Positions 1-10,206 of a stretch of 64,000 nt of DNA are shown in pieces. The stretch lies in contig CAZVTT010000001.1 of assembly GCA_964629685.1 (NCBI GenBank), positions 705,319-769,318 of the forward strand, written 5' to 3'. A program made the position numbers and the translations under genes. Each line of letters starts with the position of its first letter. Position 1 is the first letter of the stretch. Source of the stretch: an uncultured Gammaproteobacteria bacterium (GTDB taxonomy: Bacteria > Patescibacteriota > Microgenomatia > UBA10105 > UBA927). The notes under the pieces are model-generated. The model was not told the origin of the DNA, did no database searches, and saw only the letters and a program-made list of their open reading frames with translations.

Positions 1-1
1 C

Positions 2-226
2 TCGAATGTTTCTTCAATACCAGAAGTCGTGGGAAATTGTGGAATTCTTGTTGATCCTGACAATATTGCTCAAATAGCTACTGCGATGAAAGAAGTCCTG
101 AATAATGAACAAAAACGGAGTCTTATGCGTGAAAAAGGATTATCTCAATCTCGAAAATTTACGTGGAACAGAACAGTAGATTCCTTATTTCAAATATATA
201 ATGAAGTGTTACAGAGAGCTATTTGA
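2..226 (+). CDS. GT4 glycosyltransferase, C-terminal fragment (begins before the window)
   Basis: The frame is open from base 2 (SNVSSIPEVVGNCGILVDP...FTWNRTV), a typical GT-B/GT4 C-terminus. It overlaps the convergent gene by 18 nt. Confidence 0.85.
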   Translation, partial: SNVSSIPEVVGNCGILVDPDNIAQIATAMKEVLNNEQKRSLMREKGLSQSRKFTWNRTVDSLFQIYNEVLQRAI

Positions 227-1297
227 TAGAACTTTAGAGTATACCTTCACCGTCTCCATTGCCGCATGTTCCCAGGTAAACTGTTTTATATGTCTGTATC
301 CATTTTTACCTATTTTTCCTAATAATAATCTGTCTTTATATGCTGTAATCATGGCATTATTAAGTCCAAGATTTTGTGTATGGTCGTATAAATAGCCGAT
401 TTCATCCGGCAAATCTGTAATTGATCCCAATTTTGGAGCTATTATTGGTTTTCCAAATGAAAGAGCAAGTACAGCTGATCCACTGGTTGAAATTCGCGAA
501 AAAGGTAAAACTACTATATCTGCAGAATTAAAGTATATCTGGACATCATCATTATTAGCAGGGGTAGGGTCAAAAAGTATTTTACCAACTCCGTTTGTTA
601 AGCTGTTTAGTTTGACTTTATATTTTGGATCGGGACATTTCCCTTTAATAATCAGCAGGGAGTCCGGAATACTAACTAGAACTTTTTTATATTCGCGAAT
701 GAGTTCTTCAATTCCTTTATATTCTCTTAATTGACCAAAAAATAAGAAGATAAATGCATTTCCGGAAACTTTCAGCAGATTTCTAGCTTTATTCTTTGAT
801 AAATTGTTTTCGTAAGTTCCTATATAATTTGCATGGGGAATAACGGAAATATTCCTGCTATCTCCTTTTACTGACTCCAATTCAATACGAGTAGATTCCG
901 AGTGGACAATAATATGGTCAGCAAGGTTTAAAAGTATTTTTGTAATTTGTTGATCGTTTGAGGTCTCCGGTTCGTGGGGAACAACATTGTGTGCTGACCA
1001 GACAATTTTATATCCTAATAATTTAAGCCAATAGAGAGAGAAAATGGTGTTTATATACGATAAAAGCAGCATAAATGGATGTTTTGTTGGAAACGAAAAC
1101 ATAATCCAGTGTAAATGGAATAATTCGATGCCTTGAAGTCGATACATAAACACCTGAAAGTACCAAAAGAATAGATTTATGGTTGTGGACGATGTAAGTC
1201 GTTCTAAAAATGTAACGCTACAATTTTTCGTTGCCGTACTAGCATATAAAAGCGACAAATATGGATTTTCAACAGATGGATATACAAGTATTTTCAT
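209..1297 (-). CDS. GT4 family glycosyltransferase
   Basis: FFGQLREYKGI, ADIVVLPF, SGSAVLALSFGKPIIAP and FTWE motifs of the GT-B fold. Confidence 0.9.
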   Translation of the reverse strand: MKILVYPSVENPYLSLLYASTATKNCSVTFLERLTSSTTINLFFWYFQVFMYRLQGIELFHLHWIMFSFPTKHPFMLLLSYINTIFSLYWLKLLGYKIVWSAHNVVPHEPETSNDQQITKILLNLADHIIVHSESTRIELESVKGDSRNISVIPHANYIGTYENNLSKNKARNLLKVSGNAFIFLFFGQLREYKGIEELIREYKKVLVSIPDSLLIIKGKCPDPKYKVKLNSLTNGVGKILFDPTPANNDDVQIYFNSADIVVLPFSRISTSGSAVLALSFGKPIIAPKLGSITDLPDEIGYLYDHTQNLGLNNAMITAYKDRLLLGKIGKNGYRHIKQFTWEHAAMETVKVYSKVLSNSSL

Positions 1298-1302
1298 AAT
1301 AA

Positions 1303-2184
1303 CTATAAGTGAATCAGTTCGCGATCGATTTTTTCAATAATTGAACTACTGTTGTCATCAAATTTTCGAGCAAATAAAATATCATGCGTTCCGAAATCAT
1401 TAGTAAAAGTACCTTTTTTTAGTATCGGAAAATCCTTTTCAGAAATGATTCTCGGGTTTGATTCACCCTTAATCCAGTTGGTATACATTACGTTCGGTTT
1501 AACACGATCCATAAACTTTGAATTTCCAATTATGGTATGGAAGAATGTTTCGTCCGGGATGAGTGTATGTTTCCAAAAGTTTACAAACTCAGGGTTATCG
1601 TCAATATATTCCAATATGTATTTAATGCATTCTCGGCTAAGTACCCACCACGAACTTCCACCAAATAACGTCATATGTCTATATTTTCGTGGTAATTCCC
1701 TTTTAATATCTAGGATGCGAATACTATGATTGAGTGCACGTTTTGTTAGGCCAAGTAGTGAGTCATTCCGATTAGCTTCCAACACACGAAAATATTGAAT
1801 ACGATCTAGCGTTTTTCCAGCCTCCGGCATTTTTACTATATTAATATGTTCTTTTTTTTGTTGACCCAAATATTTCTGAATATGCGCTTGGCTTCTGACC
1901 GGATAATCTGAACCATACAAAAGAATGAAATAGTCGTTACTTTTGTTGGTAATGGCATTTCTAAGTAGTTTTATTTGTGCTTCAACTTGACTAAATTCAC
2001 CCCAAAAGACTTTATGACTATTGGTTTCGAAATAAATATTACTTCCAGGTTTTATAGGGAAAGAATATTCGTGTTTTTTATCGATATGAATATACAAATA
2101 ATTGTTAACCGAAATTAATTCTTTTTGTAAACGGGTAAAATGATCGTGTTGATTATATGCTAGTAGGATATATGCTATTTTCAT
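1303..2184 (-). CDS. GT14 / Core-2-I-branching beta-1,6-GlcNAc transferase-like protein
   Basis: IAYILLAY, YIHIDKK, VFWGEFSQVEA, GSDYP, GGSSWW, PDETFFHT and FARKF are Branch-domain hallmarks. Confidence 0.9.
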   Translation of the reverse strand: MKIAYILLAYNQHDHFTRLQKELISVNNYLYIHIDKKHEYSFPIKPGSNIYFETNSHKVFWGEFSQVEAQIKLLRNAITNKSNDYFILLYGSDYPVRSQAHIQKYLGQQKKEHINIVKMPEAGKTLDRIQYFRVLEANRNDSLLGLTKRALNHSIRILDIKRELPRKYRHMTLFGGSSWWVLSRECIKYILEYIDDNPEFVNFWKHTLIPDETFFHTIIGNSKFMDRVKPNVMYTNWIKGESNPRIISEKDFPILKKGTFTNDFGTHDILFARKFDDNSSSIIEKIDRELIHL

Positions 2185-3734
2185 TTGTATTTTTGATTGA
2201 GAACTCCGTTTCTTTTTATTAGGTAACCTTTACCTAGAACAGAAGATTCAATGTAATTATTGTTAATCCATGTCAATACGGCATTGTGATATTCATTTTT
2301 AGGCTTAATTTCAGACAAATTGGTTCTATTGAGTGTGGGAATATTTAGTACTATAAGTTCTGGTGCACTAATGGATAAATCTTGGAGCAGTGTTTTTGTC
2401 GTAAGATCTGAATGACTTCCGTAGTCGAGAAAAGTCATAAAAGTAATTCCAGTAGGTAAAGGTCTTTTAGCATAGTAATACAAAATAGGATCGGATCCGT
2501 ATTGAAAAAAAGTTTCCGAAGCAGGTAGTATGGTATTAATGAATTCAGAAGTTTTTTTAGTTTCTACAAATGTATTACCGTATTTAATACGTGAGATATC
2601 ATTGGGGGTCCAGAAAATAAATCTGAATTGTACACAGGCAGAAAGAAACAATAATATAATTATTGTAAAATTTTGAAACTTTTTAACACTATTTGTTGTA
2701 ATATATTCAAATAGTAACCATGAACTTCCAATCGTAAATATTGGCAACCAGAGTTGATAATAGTGGGGATACCATTTTCCGGGTATAGAAATCATTAGTA
2801 TAACCGAGATTGTATAAACCAACAGGCTGTACCAGTAGTATTTTCGACTGATAATTCCGTTAATTAGTCCCATAATGAATAGTAATACAAAAGGTATAAA
2901 ACTAATAAAACGTTTTGTAAGTAATACTGTTGGTTTTAATCCAATTATAATATTTTTAACTATAGACGTTGTTTCTCCAGTGGCTTCTATTGTTCCCGAA
3001 TAACCCATATTAAAGTAAAAAACTGCGTATATAAAATTGTCCAGCCAGCCGTTGACAAAATAGTAACCAAATGTTCCAAACCAAAGTAAAACTGGTACAA
3101 CAGAAATCGGTAATACGGATAATAATTTTTTAGAAGATGAGGTGCTATCATTATTTAGTATTTGTAGAAGCGAAAAAAGGATGATTGGTACAAAAGTTAT
3201 ATGCTTAAATAAAGAGGAAATTCCAAGTAATAAACCTAAAATAGTATTTTTCTTTATTGAGTTATTTTTATTGTAAATAAGTAAAGCAAAGCTCGCTGTT
3301 AACAATGTATTTAAAAATACTTCAACATTAGGCTGATTTGCTTGTAAAGGTATATTTCCAGACAGAATTGTCCAGGTTAAGGCAGTAAGATAACCCGCTA
3401 ACTTGTTAAGTTTTAAACCTATAAAATATAATGCGATAAGTGTAAATATCGAAAACGTAACGTTAATTAGCCAGATTGTCCGGTCTCCATATCCGAAAAT
3501 GTATTCAAAGAAAGCATACGTAACATATACAAGTGGAGGTTTATGATCAAATAGGTCAATGTATAATAGTTTTCCGGAAAGTAACTCATGGCCATAAACT
3601 GCATATGTTCCAATATCTCGTTCAAAAGGTTCGTGAATAGTATGATATCTGACGAGACATATTATGATTGAACAGATAACAAGAAAGACAGTGGGATTTT
3701 GAGCGAAAGTTAAAAACTTAGAAAAAAGCTTCAT
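2181..3734 (-). CDS. ArnT/PMT_2-like GT-C membrane glycosyltransferase
   Basis: ERDIGTY...LYIDLFDHKPP first loop, many TM segments and YPHYY. Start moved to the ATG at 3734, which forms an ATGA overlap with the upstream stop. Confidence 0.8.
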   Translation of the reverse strand: MKLFSKFLTFAQNPTVFLVICSIIICLVRYHTIHEPFERDIGTYAVYGHELLSGKLLYIDLFDHKPPLVYVTYAFFEYIFGYGDRTIWLINVTFSIFTLIALYFIGLKLNKLAGYLTALTWTILSGNIPLQANQPNVEVFLNTLLTASFALLIYNKNNSIKKNTILGLLLGISSLFKHITFVPIILFSLLQILNNDSTSSSKKLLSVLPISVVPVLLWFGTFGYYFVNGWLDNFIYAVFYFNMGYSGTIEATGETTSIVKNIIIGLKPTVLLTKRFISFIPFVLLFIMGLINGIISRKYYWYSLLVYTISVILMISIPGKWYPHYYQLWLPIFTIGSSWLLFEYITTNSVKKFQNFTIIILLFLSACVQFRFIFWTPNDISRIKYGNTFVETKKTSEFINTILPASETFFQYGSDPILYYYAKRPLPTGITFMTFLDYGSHSDLTTKTLLQDLSISAPELIVLNIPTLNRTNLSEIKPKNEYHNAVLTWINNNYIESSVLGKGYLIKRNGVLNQKYK

Positions 3735-4597
3735 TTTGATTTTTCTCCTTCTAATAGAGCTATCCATAAGCCTAATCCGAAAGACAAATTATATGTTATT
3801 GTTTGAAAAGGATTATTTTTTATGTTTTTGATGAAAAGTGGAAGGAAAATAAGAAATAACATCGGAGAGTAAAATGAGACAATAAATACTGGTATTAATA
3901 CGAAATATGCTAGTACAACAATATCTGACCGTAGTATTTCTCCTCTTCTAGTCTTAAATTTTTTATATAATCTAAATCTAGCTTTACCATATCTGTAGGC
4001 TCTCTTAAATTCAGTTTGATAATTTCCCCAATTGTGGGTAACAATAGCAGTTGAGGCGAATTTAATTTTATATCCAGCAACTATAGCTCTCCATGTGAAA
4101 TCTACATCCGATCCATACTCGAACGTTTCATCGAAATATCCAATTTTGTTAAATACTTCTTTTTTTATTGCAAGATTTATGGTTGGTGCTTCCGAAAGAT
4201 ATTTTTTAGTATTTGATATACGGTCATGATTTCGAAAAGTATTTTGTTTATCAGATATCGTTTTACCAGCAACGATGTTTTCCTTGTCGCTATATATTGG
4301 TTTTAGTAAATTATTTAACCAATCCCTCTGCGGTATACAACTTGCGTCTATAAAGACAATTATTTCTCCTTTTGCGGCTTTTACACCTATATTCCGTTGC
4401 TCCGGAATTGTAATTTTCTTTTTATTTGCATGATACGGGATTACATGTATGTTTTTATTCTCAGGAAAAGATTCCAGCCTGTCAGAACCACTTACAACAA
4501 TAATCTCATGCTGCCTTGTTATATGCTGTTTTAAAATTGTTGCAACCGTTTGATATACGGATCTATCGTTTTTAGTAATTATTATTATTGAAATCAT
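3731..4597 (-). CDS. GT2 family glycosyltransferase with C-terminal TM segment
   Basis: ISIIII, RNIGVKAAKGEIIVFIDA, GYFDETF and DVDFTWR. Confidence 0.9.
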   Translation of the reverse strand: MISIIIITKNDRSVYQTVATILKQHITRQHEIIVVSGSDRLESFPENKNIHVIPYHANKKKITIPEQRNIGVKAAKGEIIVFIDASCIPQRDWLNNLLKPIYSDKENIVAGKTISDKQNTFRNHDRISNTKKYLSEAPTINLAIKKEVFNKIGYFDETFEYGSDVDFTWRAIVAGYKIKFASTAIVTHNWGNYQTEFKRAYRYGKARFRLYKKFKTRRGEILRSDIVVLAYFVLIPVFIVSFYSPMLFLIFLPLFIKNIKNNPFQTITYNLSFGLGLWIALLEGEKSK

Positions 4598-4598
4598 A

Positions 4599-6848
4599 TT
4601 AGCGAAAAATAGTTGACGATTTATTTGAATATATTTTGTTTTTGTTTTGTGTTAAGAAGTCGTACGGGTAAAGGTAGCTAATTGTTATTCCGGCAATATT
4701 TTTATATGAGATCCGTTTTACTTCGTTTGGATAACTTAAGAAAACATAGGATTGGATAAACATGTTAGCTGGGTGAATGTCTGTATTCGGATATAGAAAT
4801 TTATAGGAGGATGCAATATATTTAAAATTCGCATAGCCATCAGTGTAAACAGTAATCCCACTTTGCTCTTTATTTTTACTAAACCACTGAGAGGAAGCTT
4901 TTTCTGTTTCCAGCAAGTAATAGTTATTAAAGCCATCGCCAAAATTATTAAATTGTATAGTCGGATAAGTATTGCCCATTAGTTGACTAAGAAACCCTGT
5001 ATATATTAGAAAATAAGCAATACTGAGTGAGGAAGCTGAAATAAATAGAATTTTTTGTATTAATTTTTTAGTTATAAATGCGAATGGGAATAGTAATGGT
5101 ACTACCAGTAAGACTAAAAGTTGTTGAAATGTTCGAAGCAAGTCGTAGTCTAGTGTGAAAAAAGGAACAATCATAAAAATAAGAAGTACTGTTAATCCAC
5201 CGAGGGTAGAAGCTACAACGTCTATATGAAAGTGCTTTTTCCGTACATTTACTAACATTACGATTGCACCAATAATAATTATCAATTTGAATATCTTTTT
5301 CACTATTTCAGCTAAAAAGTTTATTTGATTGCTAATTTTAATAGGAATTTTTGCAGGAATAAATTCTGAAGATACTATAGTAGGTATATAGTCAGCATAA
5401 GTTGATGGGTTGTAATATCCAGAACTTCGATTCTTATTTGCAAACGAGTCCAGATAATCCTGGAAAATAACATTTCGGTCTTTTGGAGTGTACGACAGAT
5501 TAAATTGATCAAATGGGCTAGTTTGTTCTTTGCGGTTATCATCAGAAAAAATTGTATGTAACCTGCGGAATGAATTAGAGATATAACCTAAGATATTGCT
5601 TGAATTACTATTTAGATCGGAATACCAGAATAACGTCACTACTCCCAAAAACATTACCAAAAGAAATGAGAGATTACTTACTGCATGTGTTGTTTTAGTA
5701 ATTCTATGGATTAGTTTCAGAATTAAACTGTATCCATAAATACTGCTAAATAGAATTATGGCTACATAGGAAGTCGAATAGTGAGACACAATCATTCCTA
5801 AGGCAAAAAGAAAAATCATTGCTTTGTTTCCTGGAGAATTTACCTTATTGGTAAAAATAGAAAAGACGAGCAAAGCGAAAAAGAAAAACGATATTTCTTG
5901 TCTCATATGCATTGGAAGTGCATTTATGTATATTGGAAATGAGATAAAGAACAGTGAACCTATAAACGAATAGGTGTTAGTGAAGAACCGTTTAGCAAAT
6001 AGTAGAACAGTTACCGGAAGAAATGCTGTGAGAATCTGAAACAAAAACTTGAATACGATTAGCGGTTCAACGTCTAGAAGTTTCGCTATAAAAGTTGGGA
6101 ATAACGTAATACTTAAACAGGCATAATATGCGTGTTTTATACTGTTTACTACCCACTGGCCTTTTTGAAAAGTAGTCTGAAACATCATGTATTCCGTCAT
6201 AATGTCTGAACCGGCTATAAGCGTGTTTCTGGCAGATAGCATAAGGAGGATTGCCAATCCGATTGAATAAACTGCTGCGATATATACATACGTTTGAAGT
6301 CTTCTGGGGAATGAAAGTAGAGCCACTATATATACAGTTATAAAAGTGAGCATAAATAACGTTAGGGTGTTTGGTAGATTATTGGTGATTCTGTTAGCGC
6401 CGAAAATAGATAAAACAGGGAACAATAATGGAAGAAATGCCATTAGGACAGAGATTTTCTCTAGTCGTATTATTTGAGTAGAAAGTGTGACTGTTGTTTT
6501 TCTCAATAATATATATAACGCAAGAACGGCTATTGCAATGGAATAACCAGGTAACAGGTTGAGCTGGGATAATGGTTGAGTAATTCCCAGATAGGGTAAG
6601 GTTACATTAATACCTAGGCCCAAAAAAAGTAAAAAGGAAACACCTAAGCCTACAATATAAATACATTTTTCATAAATTGAGTCTGCATGAATCCGAAGAA
6701 TGAGTGATAGTAGGAATCCAGGTAATAAAAAAGACATTGGGAATGCATAAAAATAAACTCCTATCGGGTTTCTGATTAATACACTTAGGTTAAAAAATCC
6801 CAGTGCCAAAATAATCACTATGAACAACGATGTATACGATAGTTTCAT
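4599..6848 (-). CDS. DUF2206-like polytopic membrane protein (probable GT-C or polymerase fold)
   Basis: FLLPG...YIVGLGVSFL...INVTLPYLGITQPLS, GSDIMTEY, RQEIS, SHYSTSY and a C-terminal NKIYSN resemble the archaeal DUF2206 family (from recall). Confidence 0.7.
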   Translation of the reverse strand: MKLSYTSLFIVIILALGFFNLSVLIRNPIGVYFYAFPMSFLLPGFLLSLILRIHADSIYEKCIYIVGLGVSFLLFLGLGINVTLPYLGITQPLSQLNLLPGYSIAIAVLALYILLRKTTVTLSTQIIRLEKISVLMAFLPLLFPVLSIFGANRITNNLPNTLTLFMLTFITVYIVALLSFPRRLQTYVYIAAVYSIGLAILLMLSARNTLIAGSDIMTEYMMFQTTFQKGQWVVNSIKHAYYACLSITLFPTFIAKLLDVEPLIVFKFLFQILTAFLPVTVLLFAKRFFTNTYSFIGSLFFISFPIYINALPMHMRQEISFFFFALLVFSIFTNKVNSPGNKAMIFLFALGMIVSHYSTSYVAIILFSSIYGYSLILKLIHRITKTTHAVSNLSFLLVMFLGVVTLFWYSDLNSNSSNILGYISNSFRRLHTIFSDDNRKEQTSPFDQFNLSYTPKDRNVIFQDYLDSFANKNRSSGYYNPSTYADYIPTIVSSEFIPAKIPIKISNQINFLAEIVKKIFKLIIIIGAIVMLVNVRKKHFHIDVVASTLGGLTVLLIFMIVPFFTLDYDLLRTFQQLLVLLVVPLLFPFAFITKKLIQKILFISASSLSIAYFLIYTGFLSQLMGNTYPTIQFNNFGDGFNNYYLLETEKASSQWFSKNKEQSGITVYTDGYANFKYIASSYKFLYPNTDIHPANMFIQSYVFLSYPNEVKRISYKNIAGITISYLYPYDFLTQNKNKIYSNKSSTIFR

Positions 6849-9061
6849 AGAATTTGATTGTAAACCGTTATAAGTTTATCAATAGTGTTATTCCAGCTAA
6901 ATTTTTTCGAGTATTTGCTTACTTCTCTGCTTAAATGCATCCGCATAGGTACATTATCGATTAAAGTGTCAATGTCATGAGCAAATTGTACTGTGTTATT
7001 TATATTACCAAGAATACCCATACTATTAAGTATTTCCCGTACTTCTGGCGTATCATTCGCCACGATTGGTAGTCCCATTGCCATTGCTTCGAGTAAAACT
7101 AGTGGAAATGCCTCACGCTCTGAAGGTAGAATAAATATATCTGATGCTTTATACATTTCTATAAGCGCATTCCCTTTTAGAGTTCCATGAAATATTACGT
7201 TTGAAAGCTCAAGTTGTTTAGCAATATTTTCAGCTTTGCTTCTCAATTCTCCGTCTCCGACTATATGAAGTTCAACTGAGTTGCGGACGTGTGGTATTAC
7301 GTCAAGCAGTTTGAAAATATTTTTTTGGGTAGTAAGGCGGCCTACAAAAAGTAATTTGATGAACTTTTTAGGGCGAATAGTTCGTTTAAATAAATATTCA
7401 TTTTCAAAACCATTCGGAATTATGGTTATTTTTTCGGTTTTTAATCCATACAATTGTATAACTCTCTTTTTCTGAGTATTGTTTAAGACAATAATTTTGT
7501 TTGCATTTCGTAAAACGCGTTTTAGAAAGAGTTGCTTATATAACGGCAACAAAAAACCTAATTTTCCAGATGCACCCAAATCAATATGTATATGAGCAAC
7601 ATAAGGTATCCCTCTTACTTTAGCTATAAATGCCACAATTTCCGGAAAAAGCGCCTGGGCAATGTGTAAATGGATTATTGATCTTTTAGGTAATGAAAAA
7701 AGTTTTTTGATTAAGCCAAAGGGTATAGGAGTATGCGCAAGTTCAAACGCTTTTAACCGGGTAATTTCAAGTGATTCTGTTTTAAAATGATTATTAAATC
7801 CCAAAGATGTTGTAATCACTGATGTGTTTATATTATTAGCTTTGAGACCAGCAGTGATGTTTTCTACGCATTGTTCCATACCACCTAAGTGTGGGGGGTA
7901 ATATGGAGTGAGTTGAACTATGGATGGAATTCTTTCATTCTTATTCGCAATTTCGGATAACACATCCATATATTTTTGAGTTTTATTCTCCCATTGAAAT
8001 TTACTTGCTGTAATCAACCCGTTAGTTACTAAGTGATTAGCTTTTACTGTCTCTTTGAGCAGCGTACGAATTGCTGTTGCAAGTTCATGTGGATTCCCCG
8101 GTTCAACCAGTAATCCGTTTTTATTATGTGTTATTAGGTGTGGAATCCCGCCAATATTTGAGCCTATTACATTTGTTCCACAAGCCATAGCCTCCAGCAA
8201 TACCATACCGAAGGACTCAGCCTCAGATGTAGATGGTAGCACTAATATATTTGAAGATTGATATTCTTTTACTAAGTCCAGACCATTCCGTCTTCCTACA
8301 AATTTTACATGATTCTCTAGTTCGTAATTAACTGTCTGTTTTTTATATAGATCTACTGCATTCCCATCTCCAACTACGCGGAGATTAAGTGGAAAACCTT
8401 GCATATGTAAGATTTTTATGGCTGAAATTAATGTTGAAAGTCCTTTCCATTTGGTTGCATTGTCTATATTCCCGACGAAAAGTACAGTATTCTTTCGTTT
8501 TTTACCTGCAGCTTTATACTGGTTTAAATCAACTCCAGGTTGAATTAACCAGCTTGATCTAGCAATCGGAGCAATTTTTTCTTTTAAAAACGGTGGAGAT
8601 ATTGCTATTACTGCGTCTGAATTTTTTATTAGTTCTGGCAAAATGTTTTTTTCATAAACATTAATAATCGAATCTACAAGTAAATTGTTTTTTTTCATGC
8701 TCCCGGCATGATAGGTAAGAATAAAAGGGTTATTATTTTTTGCAAGATATGCCATATCCGCCATAAATGGAACGGGTGCGTGAGCATTAATAATGTCTGG
8801 CTTTTCTTTTTTAATAATTTCCCGTAAGTGAAAGTACCAATTCGGGTTTATTGGGGTATTCGAGAGTTTAAACAGCGTTGGTAGTCTATATATTTTTATA
8901 CCGTCCAAGGTTTCAGTAGTTATGGATTTATTATCAGACGAAGTCACTACAACAATCTCCATATGATAATCAAAACAAAGTTTTTGAGCTATTGAATATA
9001 CGTATCGTTCCAACCCTCCTACAGAAGGATAGAAATACGGAGTTGTAATAAGTATTTTCAT
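6845..9061 (-). CDS. Tandem double GT4 glycosyltransferase fusion
   Basis: Two complete GT4 units: TPYFYPSVGG...ESFGMVLLE and TPYYPPHLGG...EAFPLVLLE. Confidence 0.9.
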   Translation of the reverse strand: MKILITTPYFYPSVGGLERYVYSIAQKLCFDYHMEIVVVTSSDNKSITTETLDGIKIYRLPTLFKLSNTPINPNWYFHLREIIKKEKPDIINAHAPVPFMADMAYLAKNNNPFILTYHAGSMKKNNLLVDSIINVYEKNILPELIKNSDAVIAISPPFLKEKIAPIARSSWLIQPGVDLNQYKAAGKKRKNTVLFVGNIDNATKWKGLSTLISAIKILHMQGFPLNLRVVGDGNAVDLYKKQTVNYELENHVKFVGRRNGLDLVKEYQSSNILVLPSTSEAESFGMVLLEAMACGTNVIGSNIGGIPHLITHNKNGLLVEPGNPHELATAIRTLLKETVKANHLVTNGLITASKFQWENKTQKYMDVLSEIANKNERIPSIVQLTPYYPPHLGGMEQCVENITAGLKANNINTSVITTSLGFNNHFKTESLEITRLKAFELAHTPIPFGLIKKLFSLPKRSIIHLHIAQALFPEIVAFIAKVRGIPYVAHIHIDLGASGKLGFLLPLYKQLFLKRVLRNANKIIVLNNTQKKRVIQLYGLKTEKITIIPNGFENEYLFKRTIRPKKFIKLLFVGRLTTQKNIFKLLDVIPHVRNSVELHIVGDGELRSKAENIAKQLELSNVIFHGTLKGNALIEMYKASDIFILPSEREAFPLVLLEAMAMGLPIVANDTPEVREILNSMGILGNINNTVQFAHDIDTLIDNVPMRMHLSREVSKYSKKFSWNNTIDKLITVYNQIL

Positions 9062-10194
9062 AGAGAATATACTTCGGTAATTTCTTTAACTATTTGATCC
9101 CAGTCTTTTATTTTTTTTGACTTAACTGGTAGATTATTTTTTTTGGTACTCAGATATAAACCAATTGCAGACGCAATCGATTCAGGTGTTAATTTCGTAA
9201 CTATTCCATCATTTTTATCAGTAATTAGTGTTTTGGCAGCATTATTCGGTTCGTCAACAGTGACGACCACAAGTCCAACAGCTAAAGCTTCTATAACTAC
9301 AATTCCATAACCTTCACGACTTGAAGGAATAACCAGAATTTTTGATCCTTTTAGCAGACTATATAATTCTGTTTTTGTTGAGCAAAATTCTAGAAAGATG
9401 ATGTTTTTTTGTAAATCTAATGATTCTACTAGTAGGTTTAAATTATTTTTTTCCGGTCCATCTCCTATAATTAAGCATCGAATTGATGGTGTGGTTTTTT
9501 TTAGCACAGAGATAGCTTTGATAAGAATATCTACGTTTTTATGTTTCAGTAACCTGCCTGCAAAAATGACATCAGATTTTTGTATTGGTTTTGGAGCAGT
9601 CAGAATTTGTGCATAATTAACTCCATTATTAATAGTATGTATTTTTTTGTCGTCTACATATCTTAACAATCTTTCTTTTGTAACAAACGAACTGGCAATA
9701 AAAACATTTGGAAGTTGAAAACTAATATATTCAATTACACTTGAGATAAATCCGAGTACTCCCATATATTTCAACCAATATTTTTTCCCCCATACTTCAT
9801 GCCATGTGGCAAACATTTTTTTACCTTTTAACCAGCATGCTAGTCGTACTGAATACAGGGGGAAATACGGCATGTGATCAACGTCTATTACATCAAACTC
9901 TTCTTTAAACAATTTAAGACACGCGAGTCCAAACAGTATCCCTTGTTTAATGGATCTGCGTTCTCCTGAATAGAGCGGATAGAGGGGGGATATGGCATGG
10001 AGGGTAACCCCTTCCTCTATGCGAACCTTTTCCGGAGTAGTCCACCACTTCATGCAGTAGATGTGTACGTCGTATCCGCGTTTAGCCAGACGCATGGATA
10101 TTTCGTGGAGCCGGGTTTCTTTGCCCCCTTTGTTGTAGGGGTAAATAGCATCGGATACAAAAGCAATACGGTGAGCCGTTTTTGCATTAACCAT
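9058..10194 (-). CDS. GT4 glycosyltransferase
   Basis: DAIYPYNKGGKE, FAGRLLKHKNVD and EGYGIVVIE (EX7E). Confidence 0.92.
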   Translation of the reverse strand: MVNAKTAHRIAFVSDAIYPYNKGGKETRLHEISMRLAKRGYDVHIYCMKWWTTPEKVRIEEGVTLHAISPLYPLYSGERRSIKQGILFGLACLKLFKEEFDVIDVDHMPYFPLYSVRLACWLKGKKMFATWHEVWGKKYWLKYMGVLGFISSVIEYISFQLPNVFIASSFVTKERLLRYVDDKKIHTINNGVNYAQILTAPKPIQKSDVIFAGRLLKHKNVDILIKAISVLKKTTPSIRCLIIGDGPEKNNLNLLVESLDLQKNIIFLEFCSTKTELYSLLKGSKILVIPSSREGYGIVVIEALAVGLVVVTVDEPNNAAKTLITDKNDGIVTKLTPESIASAIGLYLSTKKNNLPVKSKKIKDWDQIVKEITEVYSL

Positions 10195-10206
10195 AGGCGT
10201 AGTAAT

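Noticed and set aside
1852-9118. T8 homopolymers as phase-variation tracts
   Set aside because: They are short, expected in AT-rich Lys-coding DNA, and all frames are intact.
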